Source: Eledone cirrhosa (Eukaryota). Taken from it: 64,000 bases of DNA. The notes beneath the pieces are model-generated. The model did no database searches, was not told where the DNA came from, and worked only from the letters and a program-made list of their open reading frames with translations. The stretch is taken from NCBI GenBank assembly GCA_964016885.1, contig OZ024747.1, positions 40,176,001 through 40,240,000 on the forward strand, given 5' to 3'. The position numbers were made by a program, and so were the translations under genes. This document shows positions 57,057 to 64,000 of the stretch, one piece after another (the stretch's first letter is position 1; the number at the start of each line of letters is the position of its first letter).

Positions 57057-57248
57057 GCAGTGGATTGGCAGTATCAGTAGAGGGTCGGACACCATCCTTT
57101 GACGCATAGAGTTACGGCCCTTTATGATCTGAGTTTAAATCCCGCCGAAGTTAACTTTGCCTTTCATCCTTACGGGGTCGATAAAATAAAGTACCAGTAA
57201 TGTACTGGGTAATTGCTGGCCTTGTGCCAAAAGTAGAAACAATTATTG
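57057..57248 (+). mobile_element. SINE family 1
   Basis: Full copy following an (ATT)n tract. Confidence 0.9.
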
Positions 57249-58163
57249 ATATTATTATTGTTGTTGTTATTGTTGTTGTTGTTGTTGATTTCTTATAAAG
57301 TAAAAAGGCCTCAGATTGGTAAGAGAAATGAGGGTGATGTAATAAGATGATATGACAGTCTTGTATTTCCTGTGAATATAAAGAAGAAGTAATGTCATAG
57401 ATGTGCCCTATCACTTCTACATTCACTCATATTTGAATGTAGCTAGTCTATGTCCAGAAACCTACTGATGTTTACCTATCAAGAATATATAGAATATAGA
57501 AATGATTATGTAAAATTACCACTATGCTGTTACTACAACTGCTACAAAAAATATTATTACAATTCAACACAAAGTTCTCATTATTGTTACTCTTGTCTCA
57601 CTAATACCATTACACTACAGAGTTTCATTACTAGATGAAAACATTTTAGTTTCATCATTAATACCCCTGGAAAAATAATAACATCATAAAATCCCATTAC
57701 ATATACAGATATAAAAATCTATATTAAGGTTGTATGCCAGTTTTTAGAATAGGTATACCATCTCGCTATGTGTTGTAAGAAGTGACTAAAAGGGTTGGCC
57801 TCAAGAAGGGCATCTGGTTGTAAAACACTGTCTCAAGATATGTGAACCAACCCATGTTAGCATGAAAACGTAGATGAAAAAATGATGATAATGGTATAAA
57901 CAAAAGAATTAGTTGACATATTATTATTGTGTTAGCATGAAATTTATTCAAAATAATTACAAAAGAGATATACATTTTAGTGACATGGGTAGGAATAGCA
58001 ATTAATATTTCAGTTCGGGCTTTTTTGTCGAAAATATTCATCTCTACTCCACCTCAAAGCTCACTAATATAAACGTATAAAGCACTGAGTTGAAAAAGTG
58101 AACATGAAGAGAAATCCAGGAGCCATTTTGGAGAAAAAATATTTCTGGAAGAGGTTGTATTTG

Positions 58164-58447
58164 TTACTTAATATCACAGAGTAATGCCACACCTCTTAAT
58201 ATCCAATGGTCTGGAGGTTTGTGTGTTTTCAGCAGCAAGGGAAATATGAAAGTGAGGTCAGTACGTTGAGGTTTCTTGTAAACAGGACAATCATAGATGT
58301 CGTTGCTCTTTGGTCTCTCAGTATTAATTGCAAAAATATGTACAACAGGAAGTAATACATTCAAAACTTTGGGAGTCTGCTCAACTATACGGCTGTTTCG
58401 TTTGTCCCATGCTGCCCCATCTAAGAAAAGTCCATATATATATACAC
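58164..58447 (-). CDS. DNAH8: Terminal exon, outer-arm axonemal dynein heavy chain (DNAH8/DNAH5-like)
   Basis: tttcag|GT acceptor (phase 1). Encodes GVYIYGLFLDGAAWDKRN...CPVYKKPQRTDLTFI...DHWILRGVALLCDIK*, the characteristic C-terminus of the DNAH5/8 subfamily. Orthology to DNAH8 versus DNAH5 is not resolved. Confidence 0.92.
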
Positions 58448-60009
58448 CTGAAATATTCAATTGATAATATTAGTCTGAATCTATCTACTTTTACCTGAAA
58501 GAAAATTCTTATTGAAATTTTAAACACATTTGTATATTTCTGCTCAACAAACCCTTGTCTTAAAATTCTCATTATTAAGAATTCTCAGCTTCTACTATAT
58601 AGTTATTACTTTTCTGTCAGTCACAGAATGTATCGTTAGACTGGGGCATTCATTAAGCTAAAATGAAACTAATACTGTTTCACGTTTGACTGAATATATA
58701 GGCTTTCACCACAGAATATTGCGTTACTTATATCAGAAGGGAGGTATCAATATATTGGAACTGTTCCCAGCTTTCAACACATTTAGCAACTAATAGTTGT
58801 CTCCCTTTTAGTATAAGAACCCTATCTAATTACAACTTCTGCCAAAAGACAAAATGTGAACTCAGTATTGTAAGATAACAAATCACTTATAAATATAACA
58901 TTAATGTGCCAAGCCCTTCCTTCACATGGTACTTATTTAAAACCACATTGATCACTTAAAATTAGACACTCGTACTAAATTGTGATACATTAAGAAGTTT
59001 TCTAAAGGTGAGAGGCCATACATGGATAACAGGCCTATGGTAGGTCAGTTTCTATGTAAACTGTATAGATAGTCACTAAGGATTATATCTGCATATTTAT
59101 GTCTGCCACAGATGACTAAGATTTTTAGAATAGAAACACCATCCTAATGGTCAGCCACCAATGTAGAAAGAAATCAACTATAGTTTCCACAAGTCACCAC
59201 TGACTCACTCTTATAGTGAATGCAGGATGGCACTTATGAAAACAAAACCTATCTCTGTACATCATACAACTTACAAAACCAATCACCTTCTGAATTGTAG
59301 TGAAGCCTTCTTAACACTTTCCAATAAAATTTCTAAAAATATTGCAGAATCATTTTACCAAGATAGTTCTGTGAGCATTATTCTGGCCAATAAATCTACG
59401 ACATTTGTTACTCACTTTAGTTCCAATTCTATTCTGTGCAAATACAACAAATTATCTTCCAATCTCACCCACTAACACATGCATATAAAATCAAGCTAGA
59501 AAAACTTGTATGGTCATTTCAGCCCATCAAGGTTCAACCCATAATGGTATCCACTATTAGATCACAAATGAACTGCTGAACATTAGACAACAGATAAAAT
59601 GTTCAACACTAGATCACAGATGAAATGTTTCCTTCCTCATTTTTTCTATTTCAACTACAATGACTATTGCTGCTATGAACTATCAAGCCATATTATAATT
59701 GATGCATACATTTTTCCTTTTTCCTTTTGTTAATTTTACTTTGCCACTACTTCCTAAATCCCATATTAAACGCTTTGTTCAATCTTTTCCTTCAAGAACT
59801 GAAACTAAAACTGTTGCCTCTCTGTCCATGTTTTCCAGCACAAGTTCAAATTGAACATTTACTACATAAACTTCACCTGCCATGAATTGTTTTCAAACAT
59901 CTTAGACACAGCTTCTGATTACTCCAACTAACTAACTCATTGTGGCATGCATTTTATAACCAGCAGTGTTTAGATCTCTCAGGAGGTCAGGCTGTAGCAC
60001 ACATCTAGA

Positions 60010-60385
60010 GAAACCTCCAGCCCACACTGTAAAGTGGTCATGATGGCGACATGACAAAAAGCAGCGAACCCACTCTGTAAAGTGGTCATGTAAGTATCAT
60101 GACAAAAAGCACCCAACCCACACTGTAAGGTGGTCATGAAGGAGTCATGACAAAAAGCACCCAGCCCACACTCCAAAGTGGTCGAGTAGGAGTCACGACA
60201 AAAAGCACCCAGCCCACACTATAAATGTGGTTGGCATTAGGAAGGGTATTCAGCCATAGAAACCAAGCCGGAAAACAGTTCTGTGTGAGCAAGACACTGT
60301 CACCAGATCCAACTTGCCTCAAATGGGACAACCCATCTAACCCATGCTAGTAAGGAAAAATGGACGTCAAAGGGTAATGATAATT
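60010..60385 (+). mobile_element. SINE-like element with internal 48-bp tandem expansion and RTE-type tail
   Basis: Unit gacaaaaagcacccagcccacactgtaaagtggtcatg... at 60053, 60101, 60149 and 60197, then ggttggcattaggaagggtattcagcc and tail aacccatgctagtaaggaaaaatggacgtcaaa. Confidence 0.7.
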
Positions 60386-60857
60386 CACTAAAGGAATAAA
60401 AGGTGTTCGACAAATAGTGTCTGAATACATAAATCTCCATGACGGTTCAATTTTGAGAAACAAATATCAGATATTCATACATCTCATTCTATTTTATGGT
60501 TGCAACCAGTAGATAGTATCAGCAATGGAAAGACCAATAGAAACATTGTTTCATTGATCCCATTTGATGAGTTCCACCCAACTCAGTAAGTGAATACGGT
60601 CTGGAATCTTGCTAATCGATTCCCTTAAATATGGTAAATGTTTAGTGCTATAGAATCATATTGAACTTAGACAAACATATGGTCTAATTGGAATTTACAC
60701 TAGTGTTAAAATAGGTAAAGTAAAAGTTAGAATCTACAATTAAAAACATCATTTTTAATCAAAGAATAAATGACTTTGTAGACTCCATATAATCCTAAGG
60801 TAGTATTTGTAGGCAAATGCATAAATAAAATTGTTAAATATAAAGATGTTCATAGAC

Positions 60858-61023
60858 CATAATTTCCCAAACTTTTTTAAAACACAGAACCCTTTTTGAT
60901 TCAGAAAGTTTGATACAGTTATCTGGCTGTAATATAAATATACTCCTCTACCTTTTTTCACAGAACCCTAGACACTCATTTGCAGAACCTTGGGTTACAT
61001 GGAACCCACTTTGAGAACCACCG
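60858..61023. mobile_element. hAT/Charlie-type MITE in dynein intron
   Basis: Degenerate TIRs CATAATTTCCCAAACT and ACTTTGAGAACCACCG, with 8-bp TSD TCATAGAC / TTATAGAC. Confidence 0.7.
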
Positions 61024-61081
61024 TTATAGACAAACAAATAAAATTGTTAAATATATAAAAGCTCATATACAAATCACTGAC

Positions 61082-61208
61082 CTTCTTGTGGGGCGGAATT
61101 GATGTCCTCTTTCATTGATTTTGTGACGTTATTGTTTAGCACAACAGCATCTAAGGCCCAACCTTTATGTGCTCTCGTGATCTCCTGGCGCATAGCAGTA
61201 AGGAAACC
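61082..61208 (-). CDS. DNAH8: Penultimate exon, dynein heavy chain
   Basis: ttttcag|GGT...GAA G|gtcagt, 127 bp, encoding [42 protein letters not shown](G). Phases match both neighbouring exons. Absent from the ORF track. Confidence 0.93.
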
Positions 61209-61795
61209 CTGAAAATATTAGCAGAAAACATCATAGAAAAATGCATTGAAGATAACACTGTGCTGATTGTCAATTTACATTGCCTAACTATAGAAAAAAA
61301 TTACGATTCTATTTCAATCAACTCATTTTAGATTATTTCTTTCAATCAACTCATTTTAGATTATTTCTAGAAACATTGTATATACAAGGAAAATCATTTT
61401 ACAAGAGCATTAAAAAATAATTACCACATTCCAGTGGAGGCATGTGGCCTAGTGGTAAGGGTTTTTGACTTATGATCATAATGTTGTGGGTTCGATTCCT
61501 TAGCTGGGTTGTGTGTTATGTTCTTAAGCAAAGCACTTCATTTCACATGCTCCAGTATACTCAGTTGAAAATGAGTATCAACAATGGACTGGTGTTTTGT
61601 TCAGAGGAGAATCATGTACTCTCAGTCACTCTTCATGCCATGAAACCAGAATAAGCACCAGCCTAATGAGCCTCCTGGCTTGAGACAAATGTTAGACTTA
61701 AGACATTCAGTAGAATATACAATTATAGCTGTATGTGATGGATTGTATAAGCCTCACAGCAGTTATAACTTGATTAGTGATCTCTGGGTTTTATA

Positions 61796-61835
<40 letters not shown>

Positions 61836-62243
61836 GCAACGTTGCACAAAAATACAATTTCGTGCATAATGATGGGTGGGAGTACTATGTTTTCTTCTAA
61901 GATGCACAACACCCTGAAAGAACAGCCACTGGAAAGATGTGTGGGGTATAATATAACAACAAAGAAACAGATGAATGAAAAATATACCCAATTATCCCAG
62001 TATACAAGGAAAACAATACATACTCAGAAGAATTGATTATATTCTTCTTGTTACCATGGTAGCATGTACTCCGCTCTTGCCAAACATTCAACTTTCTAAT
62101 CTCATTATGAACAACTTGCTATTAAATGTAGATAGTAATAAGGGTCAACTTATATAGCAGTGATACAATATGAATCTTTACTGCCAAGTAGTAAACAAGT
62201 GGAGTGAAGATCCTTAAAATCACTGAACACCTCTTACTATAAC

Positions 62244-62429
62244 TGTTTCTACTTTTGGCACAAAGCCAGCAATTATCCCAGTGTACTACTGGTACTTTAT
62301 TTTATCGACCCCGTAAGGATGAAAGGCAAAGTTAACCTCGGCGGGATTTGAACTCAGACCATAAAGGGCCGTAACTCTTTGCTGCAGAGCATGGCGTCCG
62401 ACCCTCTACCGACACTGCCAATCCAACAA
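62244..62429 (-). mobile_element. SINE family 1 with 13-bp TSD
   Basis: Reverse-complement full copy flanked by CTCTTACTATAAC at 62231-62243 and 62430-62442. Confidence 0.92.
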
Positions 62430-62925
62430 CTCTTACTATAACACCAGCAAGTTGCAATAAATATTTCCAGTTAAAGCTTCAGTTCTCTGAACTTGTCTAA
62501 AATAGTGAACACGTGGAATATCAATAATATAGGATAATCATTAAATTAAAACATCCCCATGGCAGTCATTAACCCATAAGCATTTAAAACAACCATATCC
62601 GGCCAGAATTCTCTCACCTCTTTCAGTTCAAACAAGCCATAATTGGCCACTCATACTAATGTTAAGGTATTGTTCTCAAAATAAATAATATCAAAATCTC
62701 ATAGACTCAATATTATGTGAGATGAAGCCTTTACTGAGAAAATACAATAGTATATATAGAGTAATGTAAATGCTAAAAGATTAATGAGTACGGTTTACCT
62801 AAGTATTTTGTAGAAGGTGTATTACAATTATGTTTTACTATATTATAGTACTTCAGAAGGTTGCTACACATCCCATACTCAGTGCACAAAGCAAACAGTT
62901 TTCACAGGCATCAAGTTAACAAATA

Positions 62926-63200
62926 AGCTGGCAGACAGGAGCCACTCCTTGCAATGGTGAAAAGATGGAAGCTTGCCTGGTATGATCATGTATCCCAGCA
63001 GAACTCTTTGTCCAAAACCTTGTTCAGGGCACAGTCGAGGGAGGACAAAGAAGAAGCAGACAAAGAATAATCCTGGTCTGACAAAATCAAAGACTGGACT
63101 GGTCACAACACTTGGACCCTTCTACATATGATGGAGAATAGGGACCAGTGATGATGGCTGACTACATGAGCATCTAGAGTGGCACCCCAACGATTGGCGG
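62926..63200 (+). mobile_element. Degraded RTE-clade LINE 3' fragment
   Basis: AGRQEPLLAMVKRWKLAWYDHV, QGTVEGG.RR.RQ and SWSDKIKDWTG, across frameshifts. Confidence 0.78.
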
Positions 63201-63241
63201 TACCAGTTGCATGAACATGATTGATTGACTCATATTATAGT

Positions 63242-63430
63242 GCAGTGGATTTGCAGTATCGGTAGAGGGTTGGACGCCATGCTCTGCAGCAAAGAGTTAT
63301 GGCCCTTTATGGTCTGATTTCAAATCCCGCTGAGGTTAACTTTGCCTTTCATCCTTACGGGGTTGATAAAATAAAATACCAGTAATACACTGGGATAATT
63401 GCTGGCCTTGTGCCAAGAGTAGAAACAATT
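63242..63430 (+). mobile_element. SINE family 1
   Basis: Full copy. Confidence 0.9.
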
Positions 63431-63639
63431 TTAGTTAGTATATCACTAGGACAAACAGAAATGATATAACTCCAGTAAACCTGATCATATGCTTTGGAGT
63501 GGAGTGGTTAACTTACATGGTAGACTTAATACAAGTTTGAGATAAGAAAAATAAGATCACCTTCCACTCTACATTAGCATGTATGTACACTATGATTTGT
63601 GCTGTAAATAATTGATCTAGAATTAATTATTAACATTTA

Positions 63640-63861
63640 TCGCTGGATGAAGAGGTGTCAAGAAATTCCAGTGCAAGGAAACCACAGTAGACGTAGACCA
63701 AGGCTAACCTGGGTGGAGGTGCTGAGAACTGATCACAAATCACTGAAACTACCAGAGAAGATGAAGAAACGTGACAAGTGGAGCATTGTTGTGCAAAAGA
63801 GGATCCATCCAACCTATGCACACATGGAAAAACAGACGTAAAAGCAATGATGATGATGATG
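63640..63861 (+). mobile_element. RTE-clade LINE extreme 3' end with (GAT)n tail
   Basis: KRCQEIPVQG..SRRRPRLTW.EV...RDKW, followed by aacctatgcacacatggaaaaacagacgtaaaagcaatgatgatgat. Confidence 0.75.
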
Positions 63862-63971
63862 GTTGCCAATATCATGAAGAATAATACTTAGAAAACATAT
63901 TAGATTTAGTAAATTCAGTGTGAGATAAATCCATGCAGAATTATAACAGAGCAGTAAAACTCAAAGATTAC

Positions 63972-64000
63972 CTGAGGATTAAAGAAACCAGCCATCCAAA
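63972..64000 (-). CDS. DNAH8: Partial exon, dynein heavy chain (continues beyond the window)
   Basis: TT TGG ATG GCT GGT TTC TTT AAT CCT CAG|gtaatc = (F)WMAGFFNPQ, which joins in phase 0 to GFLTAMRQE. Confidence 0.9.

Overview
This is eukaryotic, AT-rich animal genomic DNA saturated with microsatellites. The repeat content suggests a cephalopod (octopus-like) genome, which is an inference. Only two host genes are visible, both as 3' ends pointing towards each other. (1) On +, the last two exons of a divergent tyrosine-hydroxylase-like aromatic amino acid hydroxylase (27089-28265). (2) On -, the last three exons of an outer-arm axonemal dynein heavy chain (DNAH8/DNAH5-like, 58164-64000). A 200-N assembly gap lies between them. 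Mobile DNA includes a full-length decayed Tigger/pogo element, a 5'-truncated Tx1/L1 LINE inserted in a (TC)n/(TATC)n tract, and a Penelope-like element with an unbroken RT/GIY-YIG frame and an inverted pseudo-LTR. There are also CRE and RTE LINE fragments, about 20 tRNA-derived SINE copies, hAT MITEs and minisatellites. The most notable signal, invisible to the ORF track, is a set of small non-coding elements embedded in (TA)n tracts that carry minimal type I hammerhead ribozymes. There are six motifs from three unrelated families, with covariation and strand-specific G-U pairs, plus a fourth family with only half-ribozymes. They are arranged as tandem and fold-back copies whose breakpoints often fall at ribozyme hairpins or next to the predicted cleavage site. 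Nearly all ORFs in the supplied track are translated microsatellite noise.
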